The notes under the pieces: model-generated
The model's database searches: none
What the model was told of the DNA's origin: nothing
Seen by the model: the letters and a program-made list of their open reading frames with translations, nothing else
Shown: positions 49,873-60,377 of the stretch, piece by piece
Layout: each line of letters opens with the position of its first letter
Position numbering within the stretch: position 1 is the first letter of the stretch
Assembly: GCA_963667015.2 (NCBI GenBank)
Contig: CAXXJJ010000001.1
Span: 1,056,001-1,120,000 of the forward strand
Source: Desulfatiglandales bacterium
GTDB taxonomy: Bacteria > Desulfobacterota > DSM-4660 > Desulfatiglandales > HGW-15
Reading direction: 5' to 3'
DNA: 64,000 bases
Made by a program: the position numbers and the translations under genes

Positions 49873-50694
49873 CTATTCCCAGCTGATATTTTTACTTTCC
49901 AGAAAGTTTTTTGCCTTTTCATTTCCCAATCTGGCAGCCTGTTTATAATCGTTAACAGCCTCCTCTTTTTTTGACATGGCATGATAAAGTTCCGCTCTCT
50001 GGAAGTAAACCTCTGAAAAACCGGGATAGAGATCGAGCGCGTCTTCGTATGCTTCAAGAGCTTCCTCTGAATCTTTTAAGATTTCCGACAGGATACCTTC
50101 TTTAAAATAATTGGTCGCTTTAACTACGTTAACGGCCCTGTCATATTCGTCCTGTTTGCTTTTACTGTATGGATTGTTCTGTAATTGCCTGATGGTATCA
50201 AATGCGTCATCAGCCCGTTTCTGGCCCTTTTTAATTATTGTTAACAGTTTGCTGTCATTGGATACAGCACATAAAATTTTTGCATAATAAGATATTGAAA
50301 TACCAAACGCCAGCCGGTATTCAAGAACACCATCGTCCCAGGTTGAAGAGCCTTCTTTATTATTAATAAGTGTAGAAATTAATGTGGAATAGTCTTGAGA
50401 ATCAATCGATGCCTGGGCCGGACATTCCCTGCGGTAGAAAGACATGATGTCATATTTGACAGCTTCAATTACTTCTCTTTTTAATTTCTCATGGGTAATC
50501 AACTGCGCGGATTTTTTATCATCATATTCACTTGAATTATATAGAGTTATTTTATTAATGATCTTTTTACCGGCCGGTTTGGAACCCTTTTTAGGCCCAC
50601 CTGCGCCAAACCTGCCCATTTGAGCTGAAACAGGTACGGGATTGATGCAGGCAATTGAGAGAAAAAAAATAAAAATAACTGAAACTCGAATCAT
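49873..50694 (-). CDS. secreted TPR-containing protein
   Basis: Signal peptide; EEALEAYEDALDLYPGFSEVYFQRA…AVNDYKQAARLG. Confidence 0.75.
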   Translation of the reverse strand: MIRVSVIFIFFLSIACINPVPVSAQMGRFGAGGPKKGSKPAGKKIINKITLYNSSEYDDKKSAQLITHEKLKREVIEAVKYDIMSFYRRECPAQASIDSQDYSTLISTLINNKEGSSTWDDGVLEYRLAFGISISYYAKILCAVSNDSKLLTIIKKGQKRADDAFDTIRQLQNNPYSKSKQDEYDRAVNVVKATNYFKEGILSEILKDSEEALEAYEDALDLYPGFSEVYFQRAELYHAMSKKEEAVNDYKQAARLGNEKAKNFLESKNISWE

Positions 50695-51887
50695 ATGGCC
50701 CTCCTATAATTTGAGTCGGTTTAGATGAATATTAAATTTTTTAAATCTGTATCGTTTTAAATGTCTTACCATTCATGAGAATTTTTTAAAGCGAACACAT
50801 TTAAGAGTTATTAATGTTTTCATATGGACAATAAAAGCAAAATAAGACTGCTGTGAGGCTTAAGTTAACAGTAAAGCCGGATAGTGTAAACATTTTGAAC
50901 ATAAAAGGATAAGTCTTGTGTGTCAAGGTAAATGATATGCTCCTCTGCTGATCAATTTGATCGGAAACTTAATGCCGGTTTATCATGCATATTGCAAACA
51001 GGAGAAATCCTGTTCCGAGAGGTTCATAATCAGGTAATTTTATATGATTCAGGCCATAGATTCTTAGGAGATAAGCCGTTGTACCGATTTTTATCCAAAT
51101 GGTGCTGAAAGCGATTTTTTTAAACGTAAAAACCAGATCTTTGCATCTAAAATAACTTGACAATAATATTTTTTCATGACACTTTACATGCCATTATCCA
51201 ATTTTTTTTTCATCAAAAATCAATCTAATTTGTCAAGTTTTCGCTTTTGTTTGTCAAGCTTTTTATCGGTAGTAACGTTTGTTCCGTTTTGCATATAGTT
51301 TATGTGATTTATGTGGACTGATCTATATTATGGGCTGATGAATTGTCTTTTAAGTTTCTTAGACAGGTATAATAAGTTTTAAAATATTTTAACCGGATTT
51401 TATCATTTATTACGGGCGAGAAACATCTTCATGGTATCTCACTGAAATTTTAAATAAGAAATTTATTATTTCTTTTTTCATAATTTTAAGTTGGCATTGC
51501 GGATAAATTAGATTGATTGATCTGCAATTTAATCATTTCATTTAAGCTAAAATTAATAATTATTTTTTACGAAAATAAGCCTTATTTATAGATGTAAAGA
51601 GTTTTATTGATAGAAACTAAACAGGCGTTTTTTCATGTAATGCATGCAGGGGATTTGTGAGGTGGCGGTCAGGTAACCGGCCGTTCCACCTTGATTAAGT
51701 CCCGCTTAAATATTGAACTGCTTTTCAAAAATAAAGATAACAATATATTAAGTAAAAGGAGGGGATATCGTTTGCCCAAGTGGTTTTCTGTTCAGGTTTT
51801 TAGGAGGTTAAAGCTATAACCGCTGTTATTATGATTATGCATATTGGCAGCCTAAGGTGTTATTTCCTAAATTGAAAGGAGGAAGGA

Positions 51888-54800
51888 ATGAAATTGAAAA
51901 AGCTTAAAAATCTAAAGTTCAGTTTTATGTCAATTGTGGCCTTCATGGCTATCATGTTAATCACTGGTTGTGGAGACGAGACCACCGTCGGTGAGAAAAC
52001 CGGAGGCTCTGGCAGCGGAGCTGTTCAGGAGGCTGGCTACTACGATATCGTTGGCACAGTTGTCAACGATGCCGACGATCCGATAGAGCATGTTTTTATT
52101 GATATTATAGATTTTGTTATGACTGACGGAGGCGAGGAGCCTTTTGTCGCCTCAGTCCGCTCTGACGGCAATGGAGAGTTTGGCATAAGGATACCCGGTG
52201 AAAATGCCGTAAGACAGGTAACTGTAAGATTTACCTTTCAAGATTGTGTAACCTATGTCCGGGATGTTGCGGTAACCAGGAATGACGAGGTTGACCTTGA
52301 GACTATAACTTTAACTGTAATGAGTCAAAAGACCATTGAAGACTCAACCATAGAAAACACACTGGCTGATAATGTAAGGGCTAATGCCTATGTTACAATT
52401 GGCGCTGACGCGCTGAGGTACAGTGATGGAACGACATTTACCACCGTAGTAGCAGAAGATGAAGATCCCATCACCGCGACTGTAGCTATCGGCTATGTTG
52501 ACACAACAGCTGCCCCTGGGTTGTTCCCGGATAATCTTTACAGCATGGTCAACGGTTCTTTAAAGCTTTTCTCAACCTATGGCATTCTTGAGATAAAAGT
52601 CACAACAGATGGCGGCAACACCAAGCTGAGCCTTGGAGCAGGTCAGACAGCTACTATTTCTATACCTATTGGAGAGCTTGTGAATGTTAATGACCCTGAT
52701 TTCCCTGCCACAGTCGACCTGTGGTACTATGATGAAGACGCAGCGGAATGGGTGCTGGAACAGGAAGATGGTTTAACCTATGATGCCGGCACCAGGTCTT
52801 TTACAGGAGTCGTCAGCCATTTTTCAGCATTTAACGCCGGTTACACATTTGAATCAAGGTATGTTCAAGCTGCAGTTATTGATGACAGGGGCATGACGTG
52901 TCCGTCGGAGGAGTATGATGAAGAAGACCAGTGTACGGTCGATGAGGTGCCTTACCTTCTCCCTTTACCCGGCTCCACAGTTAAAATTTTTACAGACACA
53001 TTTTCACCCTATGGTGTCTGGAATGCGACATATACTGCAGGTTCTGATGGAAAAATTCCTGACAGCATGAACCCCTCCATAGCAGGGCTTTTATATCATG
53101 ATGAAGATGGTTATTTTTTACCAGTGCCGGGTATTGGCAATTTAATGGCGTTTATGGAATATACAAACCCCACTACTGATGAGCCTGGTTCGGAAGGCCC
53201 TGATCTTATAGAATTCGAAGAGGGCAAAGCATCTCATGATTATTTATTGTCTCTTTCCACCTCCGCATATCTTGCGGGATCAGTAGAGTATGAAGATGGC
53301 GATGAGACGTTTCCCAAAAGGTTTTTCGCAATTTTTGAGTACGACCCGGAAAGTACAGACAGTCCCGCGGCAGGTGGAACTTTTGGCGGAACTATATCGT
53401 GGATAGGAATTACTACAGATGGCAAGATTGATCAGTTTAATTCTGGTGTTCTGGAAGGAACTCTTCTGGCAAATGCAGGCGCCGAAACAACTTATGCGGT
53501 GGCAAACAATGATTGGTTTAGTACTACTACATATCAGGGGGGGTTTTCTCCTGCTGTGGATGTTTATCTTGGCGGGAATCCTGTTGAAAAGGATCCGCTG
53601 TTCGGCTACCCGTTAATCACAACTGGAAAAATAGGTGACGTTACCAATTTACGAGTTGTACTTCCAAGTCCTCCGGGCGATGTTGTTTACACTCACATCA
53701 ATGGAAGCATAGTTATTCCTGATGGTGTTGATGATCCTACAAAACTATGGGTTGTTGTTGAAACAACTTTTAACGATAGGCCTATAACAGTTCGCGCCTC
53801 TGTTGACGCGGATGGCAACTGGCCTGCTGATGACGGCACATTCAATCCGTTTACTGTGCCTGGCGTAGAAGGACTTTTCATACAGGTGCCCGCTGAAGCA
53901 GATATTACAATAACTGTAGGCGATTATGTGACTAATCCATTAACTCCTAAGATCTACTATACTTATGACTACACAAGCTTGGATGAAGGTGAAGTGGGTG
54001 AGGACGGTACTATAACAACGTATACTACAGACACTTTTATACCTGCTCCAAATGCTACTATCGATGGGCAGGTAACATATAACGCAGAACTTGGGGCCGA
54101 TTTAAGGATTGTGTTTACAAAAGAAAATCCCGGAGAAGACGATACTCCTGTCACTGTTACGACCAGTGGATCAGGCAAGTTCTCGGCTAATCTGGAATTT
54201 GATACCGATTATATCATTGAAATATGGGATGATACCGATCCATTATATCCCGTTAGTATTTATTCCGATTATTACACAAGCAATCCTGACGGTGAGGTCG
54301 GTTATATCACAGACAATACTAACGATCCGGTAGTTGTTGGCTTAATACAGATTGGAGATGAATATATACCGGCAGGTTTTCCATATGATCCCATTCTTCC
54401 TGCTGGCTCTACAGGTCTCGGTGGAACCTTAATGGATAATGCAGGAGATCCTATAGCGGTTGGTACTTTCTTATACTTACAACTCCAGGGATCAACCAGT
54501 TACATATGGGGGATAGTTGGCGATGAAGACGGCACATTCTATGCTGCACCTGGTTATGTGTCAAATGGTAGACCTATCGAGCTGACTCCAGGGAGTGTAT
54601 ATTCAATAGGGACCGCGGGTCGTACAATCAATGCCGCATTCACAGCTGGCCAAGCTGGTGAAGTGCAAATAGTTAATCTCACTGATCCAGGGGAAGGGGG
54701 AACGCCATCAAATATTGCCTATATTACGGGAGCCTTAATGGATAATGCAGGAGATCCTATAGCGGTTGGTACTTTCTTATACTTACAACTCCAGGGATCA

Positions 54801-55310
54801 ACCAGTTACATATGGGGGATAGTTGGCGATGAAGACGGCACATTCTATGCTGCACCTGGTTATGTGTCAAATGGTAAACCTATCGAGCTGACTCCAGGGA
54901 GTGTATATTCAATAGGGACCGCGGGTCGTACAATCAATGCCGCATTCACAGCTGGCCAAGCTGGTGAAGTGCAAACTGTTAATCTCACTGATCCAGGGGA
55001 AGGGGGAACGCCTTCAAACATTACCTATCTTACGGGATTCTTAACGGATAATGCAGGAGATCCTATAGCGGTTGGTACTTTCTTATACTTACAACTCCAG
55101 GGATCAACCAGTTACATATGGGGGATAGTTGGCGATGAAGACGGCACATTCTATGCTGCACCTGGTTATGTGTCAAATGGTAAACCTATCGAGCTGACTC
55201 CAGGGAGTGTATATTCAATAGGGACCGCGGGTCGTACAATCAATGCCGCATTCACAGCTGGCCAAGCTGGTGAAGTGCAAACTGTTATTCTCACTGACCC
55301 AGGGGAATAA
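51888..55310 (+). CDS. large acidic surface lipoprotein with beta-sandwich domains and three C-terminal 102-aa repeats
   Basis: Strong SD AAGGAGG; lipobox ITGC; very D/E/T/G/P-rich; LWYYDE…W…VSHFS motif. Confidence 0.85.
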   Translation: MKLKKLKNLKFSFMSIVAFMAIMLITGCGDETTVGEKTGGSGSGAVQEAGYYDIVGTVVNDADDPIEHVFIDIIDFVMTDGGEEPFVASVRSDGNGEFGIRIPGENAVRQVTVRFTFQDCVTYVRDVAVTRNDEVDLETITLTVMSQKTIEDSTIENTLADNVRANAYVTIGADALRYSDGTTFTTVVAEDEDPITATVAIGYVDTTAAPGLFPDNLYSMVNGSLKLFSTYGILEIKVTTDGGNTKLSLGAGQTATISIPIGELVNVNDPDFPATVDLWYYDEDAAEWVLEQEDGLTYDAGTRSFTGVVSHFSAFNAGYTFESRYVQAAVIDDRGMTCPSEEYDEEDQCTVDEVPYLLPLPGSTVKIFTDTFSPYGVWNATYTAGSDGKIPDSMNPSIAGLLYHDEDGYFLPVPGIGNLMAFMEYTNPTTDEPGSEGPDLIEFEEGKASHDYLLSLSTSAYLAGSVEYEDGDETFPKRFFAIFEYDPESTDSPAAGGTFGGTISWIGITTDGKIDQFNSGVLEGTLLANAGAETTYAVANNDWFSTTTYQGGFSPAVDVYLGGNPVEKDPLFGYPLITTGKIGDVTNLRVVLPSPPGDVVYTHINGSIVIPDGVDDPTKLWVVVETTFNDRPITVRASVDADGNWPADDGTFNPFTVPGVEGLFIQVPAEADITITVGDYVTNPLTPKIYYTYDYTSLDEGEVGEDGTITTYTTDTFIPAPNATIDGQVTYNAELGADLRIVFTKENPGEDDTPVTVTTSGSGKFSANLEFDTDYIIEIWDDTDPLYPVSIYSDYYTSNPDGEVGYITDNTNDPVVVGLIQIGDEYIPAGFPYDPILPAGSTGLGGTLMDNAGDPIAVGTFLYLQLQGSTSYIWGIVGDEDGTFYAAPGYVSNGRPIELTPGSVYSIGTAGRTINAAFTAGQAGEVQIVNLTDPGEGGTPSNIAYITGALMDNAGDPIAVGTFLYLQLQGSTSYIWGIVGDEDGTFYAAPGYVSNGKPIELTPGSVYSIGTAGRTINAAFTAGQAGEVQTVNLTDPGEGGTPSNITYLTGFLTDNAGDPIAVGTFLYLQLQGSTSYIWGIVGDEDGTFYAAPGYVSNGKPIELTPGSVYSIGTAGRTINAAFTAGQAGEVQTVILTDPGE
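54427..55307 (+). repeat. intragenic tandem repeat, 306-bp period, about 2.9 copies
   Basis: gataatgcaggagatcc at 54435, 54741 and 55047; copies nearly identical at the DNA level. Confidence 0.97.
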
Positions 55311-55327
55311 TAGGAAATTTAATCAAT

Positions 55328-55355
55328 TATGCCATCAGCTTAGGCTGATGGCATA
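55328..55355 (+). other. intercistronic stem-loop
   Basis: tatgccatcagc-ttag-gctgatggcata, a perfect 12-bp stem with no U-tract. Confidence 0.75.
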
Positions 55356-55412
55356 GCAACAGTTTAAACTTTTAATATAGAAATCTATATCTCTAAATAA
55401 GGAGGATTATTT

Positions 55413-58271
55413 ATGGGAGGAAAAAGTTTACGCAAGAGCTGCTTAACCTTCTGCATGGCCCTGGCTGTCGGCATGTGTGGTCAGGTTTTTGCTCAGGACG
55501 ATGAAGAGTTTACACTTGAGGAAATTGTTGTAACAGCGGAAAAGAGGGAAGCAGAACTGCAGAAGATACCAATGGATATCTCGGTTGTAAGGCCTGAGGA
55601 GTTGGAACGCCTCAATGTTCATCAGGTTGAAGACCTTGATAAGCTCCTGCCTGATTTGAAGATCACCAGGTCACAGGGTGGCCTGCTTAAAATTCAGATG
55701 CGTGATGTTGGAGGGAATACAGCAGGCAGAGGCGGTGTTACCACAGATTACGATAATCCTACTCAGGAAACAACGGTTGCTGTGCATGTAGACGGTGCCC
55801 AGCTTACAAGAAGTGATGGCCTTGAAGGAAAGCTCTATGACCTTGAGCGTGTTGAAACCCTTAAGGGTCCTCAGGGTACTCTTTATGGAAGAGGTTCTAT
55901 TTCAGGCAGCATTAACCTGGTAAGCAAAAGGCCTGATATAGGCAACTTTGGCGGGAATCTGACCTTTGAATATGGAAGTTATGACCGCCGCCGTTTTCAA
56001 GCGGGCTTTAACATTCCTGCTACCGAAAAGCTGGCGTTTCGTTTGTCCGGTAACATCATATCTCGAGAAGGTTATGATGATGCTGGTGTAAGTAATCAGA
56101 ATATGTGGGGTCTTCGCGGGTCAATGAGATGGGAGCCTACTGATACCCAATCTCTGGTTGTGGCACTTGATACAGACCGCACAAAGAACAGAAACGGTGA
56201 CAGTACCGGTTTTATGTGGGGTACTGTTGGTGATCTGGAAATAGTTCCTAACCCTGATCCGGGTTTGCCGGAATCATATGCTCCCTATAATAAAGGCGGT
56301 TTAATAGATTCAGCCTATAAGGTTAAATGGTGGCTGGGTGATCTGAGTCCTGAGATAACTGATCAGCAATATACCAACAACAAGTCATGGGGGATTAACG
56401 CGACATATGACAGGGAGTTTGAATATTCGTATTTAACCTTACAGACCAGCTACAGGTCACAAAATAATGTGAGAAGTTATATTAATGTGTCCGATACCAA
56501 GCCTGAATTAATGCCGGTTGGGACCAGATTGACCCAATCAAGAAATCCTGCCCGAACCTATGATCCTGATACTGGCTTATTTACTGAGGCTGCTGATACC
56601 AGTGATGAAGATGTAGAGGATATGACTGTAACGGATGTTCCGCTAACTCCGGAGCTTGAGCCTATTCAGGGATATACAATCAGCCGTTCTCAAACTTATG
56701 ATTATAGTATTCCCGGAAATACGCCTGTGACACAGATAATGCTTGTGCCTTCGACAAGTCCTCCTTATTTGAGTAATTATAGTGAAACTTCCGGTAAAAC
56801 CTTCAGCGCCGAGGCTCGTCTTGCGTCGGTGACAACAGTGGCCGGCGGTGATAAGTATGAGTGGATAGGTGGCGCTATGTATATGCAGGATACAGTTCTT
56901 GAACAAGCATCAATTACAAATAGCGCATACAGAAGGAATATCCTTGATGAAAAAGCCCTGTTTGCTCAGGCATCATACGCGCCTTTTTGGGGGCTGAATT
57001 TTACCGGTGGTTACAGGTTAACATGGGATCAGAAATCTTTTTATGGAAAGACGAATTCAGGAGGTGCAGGCACCGCTCAATCTGCCAGAAACAACAATGA
57101 GAGATTTGCACTGCCGCTTGATCTTAGTGATGCAGTAAACTCCTCATATAAATGGCGGCATCAGACCTATAAGCTGAATCTTTCATGGCAGGCAACTGAA
57201 AATATTATGCCCTATATTCAATATTCAAAAGGTGTAAAAACCGGTAATATTGACGGGCAAGGCAACTCCGTTGATCCTGAAACTCTTAGTTCATATGAAG
57301 GCGGCATGAGAACCAGGTTGTTTAATGGAAGGCTGCAGATTAATGCCACAGGATATTATTATGAGTATAAAAACAGCATGGCAAGTGCTACTATTTATCA
57401 GTGTCTGAGACCTCAGGAGAGAGGTGAGACCAATACCTGTTTAAATGCCGCAGGAAATGCCGATTCCTGGGCGGGTTTTATGGTAAGGCCAAATGTTCAT
57501 ATGCCTATTGACCCTAACGATATTTCCAAAGGTTACAGGTTTATAAGCGGCGCAGCGGTAAATATCGGTGGAACAGAACAAAAAGGCGCTAATCTTAATG
57601 TCACATGGCTTATTACACCTAATGACACCATTAATATTACAGCGTCAAAATCCATAAACAAATATGTGGACTACAGCATGTTCAGAGCACAAAGTGAGTA
57701 TGCCCAAAGAATGTGGGGAGAATATGATGGTGAAACAATCATAGTTGATGGCGAACCGCAAATAGTAGAAACTTACGCTGACTCCGGCAAAAGTACTTTC
57801 ATGCGTGTATATGATGACTGGAATGGTGAAGAGTTTGGTGGTGGTTATAACGGTAATGTGTCTTATAACCACACATGGTTCCTTGGAACAGACACTCTTT
57901 CGCTTAATACCACTGGTTTTTATACTGGCCCGGGCATTGATCAGGTAATGAGACCTTCACAGTCATCCGGCAGCGGCGAATGGGGAGATTTAGAATATAG
58001 TCTGCCGGGGAATCCTTCTTATTGGATGTGGGACGCCTCTATTACTTTTAACTCAACGAAATGGGTTGGTGCGGGTAAACGGTGGAGCCTGCGTTTTTAT
58101 GTCAATAATGTTCTCGAAAAAAAGATTATTGGCAGACGTTTTCAAGATAATATTGGCGACATAGGTTTCTATTGGGGTGAGTATGATGTCTTAATGCCTG
58201 ACTCATATCTTGTTACGTACACGTTTGCGGAGCCAAGAACAATGGGGCTCACATTTACCTTGAATTTCTAA
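55413..58271 (+). CDS. TonB-dependent receptor
   Basis: Signal peptide; TonB box EEIVVTAEKRE; plug motif YDLERVETLKGPQGTLYGR; C-terminal PRTMGLTFTLNF. Confidence 0.93.
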   Translation: MGGKSLRKSCLTFCMALAVGMCGQVFAQDDEEFTLEEIVVTAEKREAELQKIPMDISVVRPEELERLNVHQVEDLDKLLPDLKITRSQGGLLKIQMRDVGGNTAGRGGVTTDYDNPTQETTVAVHVDGAQLTRSDGLEGKLYDLERVETLKGPQGTLYGRGSISGSINLVSKRPDIGNFGGNLTFEYGSYDRRRFQAGFNIPATEKLAFRLSGNIISREGYDDAGVSNQNMWGLRGSMRWEPTDTQSLVVALDTDRTKNRNGDSTGFMWGTVGDLEIVPNPDPGLPESYAPYNKGGLIDSAYKVKWWLGDLSPEITDQQYTNNKSWGINATYDREFEYSYLTLQTSYRSQNNVRSYINVSDTKPELMPVGTRLTQSRNPARTYDPDTGLFTEAADTSDEDVEDMTVTDVPLTPELEPIQGYTISRSQTYDYSIPGNTPVTQIMLVPSTSPPYLSNYSETSGKTFSAEARLASVTTVAGGDKYEWIGGAMYMQDTVLEQASITNSAYRRNILDEKALFAQASYAPFWGLNFTGGYRLTWDQKSFYGKTNSGGAGTAQSARNNNERFALPLDLSDAVNSSYKWRHQTYKLNLSWQATENIMPYIQYSKGVKTGNIDGQGNSVDPETLSSYEGGMRTRLFNGRLQINATGYYYEYKNSMASATIYQCLRPQERGETNTCLNAAGNADSWAGFMVRPNVHMPIDPNDISKGYRFISGAAVNIGGTEQKGANLNVTWLITPNDTINITASKSINKYVDYSMFRAQSEYAQRMWGEYDGETIIVDGEPQIVETYADSGKSTFMRVYDDWNGEEFGGGYNGNVSYNHTWFLGTDTLSLNTTGFYTGPGIDQVMRPSQSSGSGEWGDLEYSLPGNPSYWMWDASITFNSTKWVGAGKRWSLRFYVNNVLEKKIIGRRFQDNIGDIGFYWGEYDVLMPDSYLVTYTFAEPRTMGLTFTLNF

Positions 58272-58389
58272 AAAAGGTTTTATTGTCGTAACCTCGAATG
58301 GAGTTATGTAAGGCCGACGCCTTAAAAAAGCGTTGGCCTTATTTTTTGTTTTCTGGTAAGATTTAAAAAAGATAAAAAAGGAGGAAAAA

Positions 58390-58878
58390 ATGAAATCACT
58401 ATTATTAACATTGACGATATTGATAATATCTTCGGCCGCGTTTGCTTCAGATATAGATGTAAGCGGAAGATGGACTGGAACGCAGGGAAACAATACCATA
58501 AGCTTTGAGTTCTTAGCTGATGGTAAAAAGCTTGAAGGTTTATCTCTGGGCTCAGGGGCAGGGGATGAAAGAACGGTGATAGTAAAAGGCAAGGTTAAAT
58601 CAAGTAAAAAAAAGGGCACGGAGATAAGTTTTGAAGTGCCTTTTAACACCGGCGGAGCCAAGATGAGTAGAGTTTATAAAGGCGAGGTGTTAGACGAAAA
58701 TACTATTGAGCTTACCTTAAAAATAAAGACAAGAGGGGCAAGAAAGCCGGGATTTGGGGGCTTTAATGATGGCTTTAGCGGCAGCGGCGGCGGCATGAGC
58801 GGCGGATTCAGTTCAGGCTTTGGCGGCGGCAGCAGTACTGAGACAAAATTTGTGATAAGGCGCGTAGCTAAATTCTAG
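58390..58878 (+). CDS. secreted hypothetical beta-rich protein with a Gly-rich insert
   Basis: Signal peptide …SSAAFA; DVSGRWTG; GGFNDGFSGSGGGMSGGFSSGFGGG. Confidence 0.75.
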   Translation: MKSLLLTLTILIISSAAFASDIDVSGRWTGTQGNNTISFEFLADGKKLEGLSLGSGAGDERTVIVKGKVKSSKKKGTEISFEVPFNTGGAKMSRVYKGEVLDENTIELTLKIKTRGARKPGFGGFNDGFSGSGGGMSGGFSSGFGGGSSTETKFVIRRVAKF

Positions 58879-58908
58879 ATATTAACTTTTTTATTTTTCT
58901 TTTATCTA

Positions 58909-58941
58909 AAAAGGCGTTCGGGTTTATAACGAACGCCTTTT
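58909..58941. terminator. bidirectional rho-independent terminator
   Basis: aaaaggcgttcg … cgaacgcctttt between convergent genes. Confidence 0.8.
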
Positions 58942-58971
58942 CTTTTAACAACACAAATGAACAGCTGTCTA

Positions 58972-59541
58972 TTATTTTGGCTGCTGTAACTGTTGCGACT
59001 TTTGTGCCCACTCGGCTGCTTTAGTCTGATCTGCAGTTATGCCGTATTTGCCATTTTTATATATATAGGCAAGATATTCTGCTGAGCGGGGATGCCCCAT
59101 TTCGGCCGCTTTTTCAAGCCATCTCAGGCATTGGCCGGATTCGGAATCTCCGCCCCAGTTAAGGCACATATATCCCATATTATACATTGCTTTCTCATCA
59201 CCCAGCGAGGCAAGTTCATGGTTAAGGTCTACAGCAAGCTTCTTGGCATCCTCATCCCCCTGCTTTGCTGCATCCATTATCATCGCCAGGCCTTTATTCG
59301 TATCCTTCTCAACGCCGGTTCCCCTAAAAATCAACGGAGCAAGAAGAGTTTTAGCCCGGACATTATTCTTTTCGGCAAGGGGTTCAAGCAGTTCGGCGGC
59401 CTTTTTATAGTCTTTCTTGACTAAGGCCACCATGGCATCACCAAGAGACTTATCAAGTGGGTCCGTGTTTTCCGCGTTTGCAGAAAACTGAAACATAAGA
59501 CAAAAAAGCAAAGACATTATAACAAACCTAGTGATTTTCAT
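58972..59541 (-). CDS. secreted Sel1-repeat protein
   Basis: Signal peptide; GTGVEKD, AMYNMGYM, WLEKAAEMGH…LAYIYKNG. Confidence 0.85.
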   Translation of the reverse strand: MKITRFVIMSLLFCLMFQFSANAENTDPLDKSLGDAMVALVKKDYKKAAELLEPLAEKNNVRAKTLLAPLIFRGTGVEKDTNKGLAMIMDAAKQGDEDAKKLAVDLNHELASLGDEKAMYNMGYMCLNWGGDSESGQCLRWLEKAAEMGHPRSAEYLAYIYKNGKYGITADQTKAAEWAQKSQQLQQPK

Positions 59542-59624
59542 TTTTTCCTCCTAATAATATAGGGATTTTCTTTTTAGAGAGCAGCGTTGACCAGGTATTG
59601 CCGCTCCCGGCTTTCTCTTTTAAA

Positions 59625-60131
59625 TTACCCGCCTAATATCCGATTCTTAATGACAGGTATTATATCGCTGCTTTCAATTTTATATATCCGTTCAATTACA
59701 TATTTCTGGCCCCCTATCCCTACAAGGTCCTTCTTAGCTCTGAGGACATTAAGCATATTGACAAAAGAAATGGTGTCCACTTCCAGTAAATTGTAAGCGG
59801 GTCTTTGCAGTACCAGCAGGTAGTATTCATCCTGCCCGTTCCTGAGTATCAATGATTGAATATCCAATTTGATCCATTCGTCTTTATTTTCACTCAATGT
59901 AAATGTATCACGCTTGGTAATAGAATCACCTATAAACTCATCGTGATCTTTAATTATTAAGAAACTCGGTGCCCTCCCGCCTCCTCCTATTCGCATGTCC
60001 CGTATCTCTGGTACCTGTTCAAGTTTATCACCCAGATCATACTTTACCGGGAGTACTACTTGCTTTGTTGCACAGGCTGAAACCAGTAAGAAACCGATTA
60101 AAAGACCTATTATGCCAAGATTTATTCTCAT
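59625..60131 (-). CDS. lipoprotein, DUF6491-like
   Basis: Lipobox VSAC; W..LD.QSLIL…YYLLVLQRP…I.F…D.V…IERIYKI. Confidence 0.6.
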   Translation of the reverse strand: MRINLGIIGLLIGFLLVSACATKQVVLPVKYDLGDKLEQVPEIRDMRIGGGGRAPSFLIIKDHDEFIGDSITKRDTFTLSENKDEWIKLDIQSLILRNGQDEYYLLVLQRPAYNLLEVDTISFVNMLNVLRAKKDLVGIGGQKYVIERIYKIESSDIIPVIKNRILGG

Positions 60132-60377
60132 GTTCCCGCTCCTTTATATATTATAATTTTAAATACCATGTCCGTTTGCAGCGGGTATAAAAGTGATGTT
60201 ATAACCCTGCATTATTGAAATAGGAAAAGCGTCGCATTTTATATATATTTGGTATCGTATATATATTTGATTTTGATAAGAGTAGTTTTTTGAAAAAGAA
60301 AAGTATATGGAGTTTGGCGTTGTATGTCAATGGAAAATCAAGAAACCAGACTCTTCCAAAGGGGAGTATTTTCCTTT

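Noticed and set aside
50969..51163. 64-aa minus-strand ORF in the long intergenic region
   Set aside because: TTG start without SD and no features; probably spurious.
51229..51258. Direct repeat tttgtcaag, two copies 21 bp apart
   Set aside because: Explained as minus-strand -35-like TTGACA elements or chance in AT-rich DNA; no cognate regulator identifiable.
54427..55307. Repeats as a CRISPR array or a DGR template/variable-region pair
   Set aside because: In-frame 306-bp coding repeats with no spacers; differences are not adenine-specific; no cas or reverse transcriptase gene in the window.
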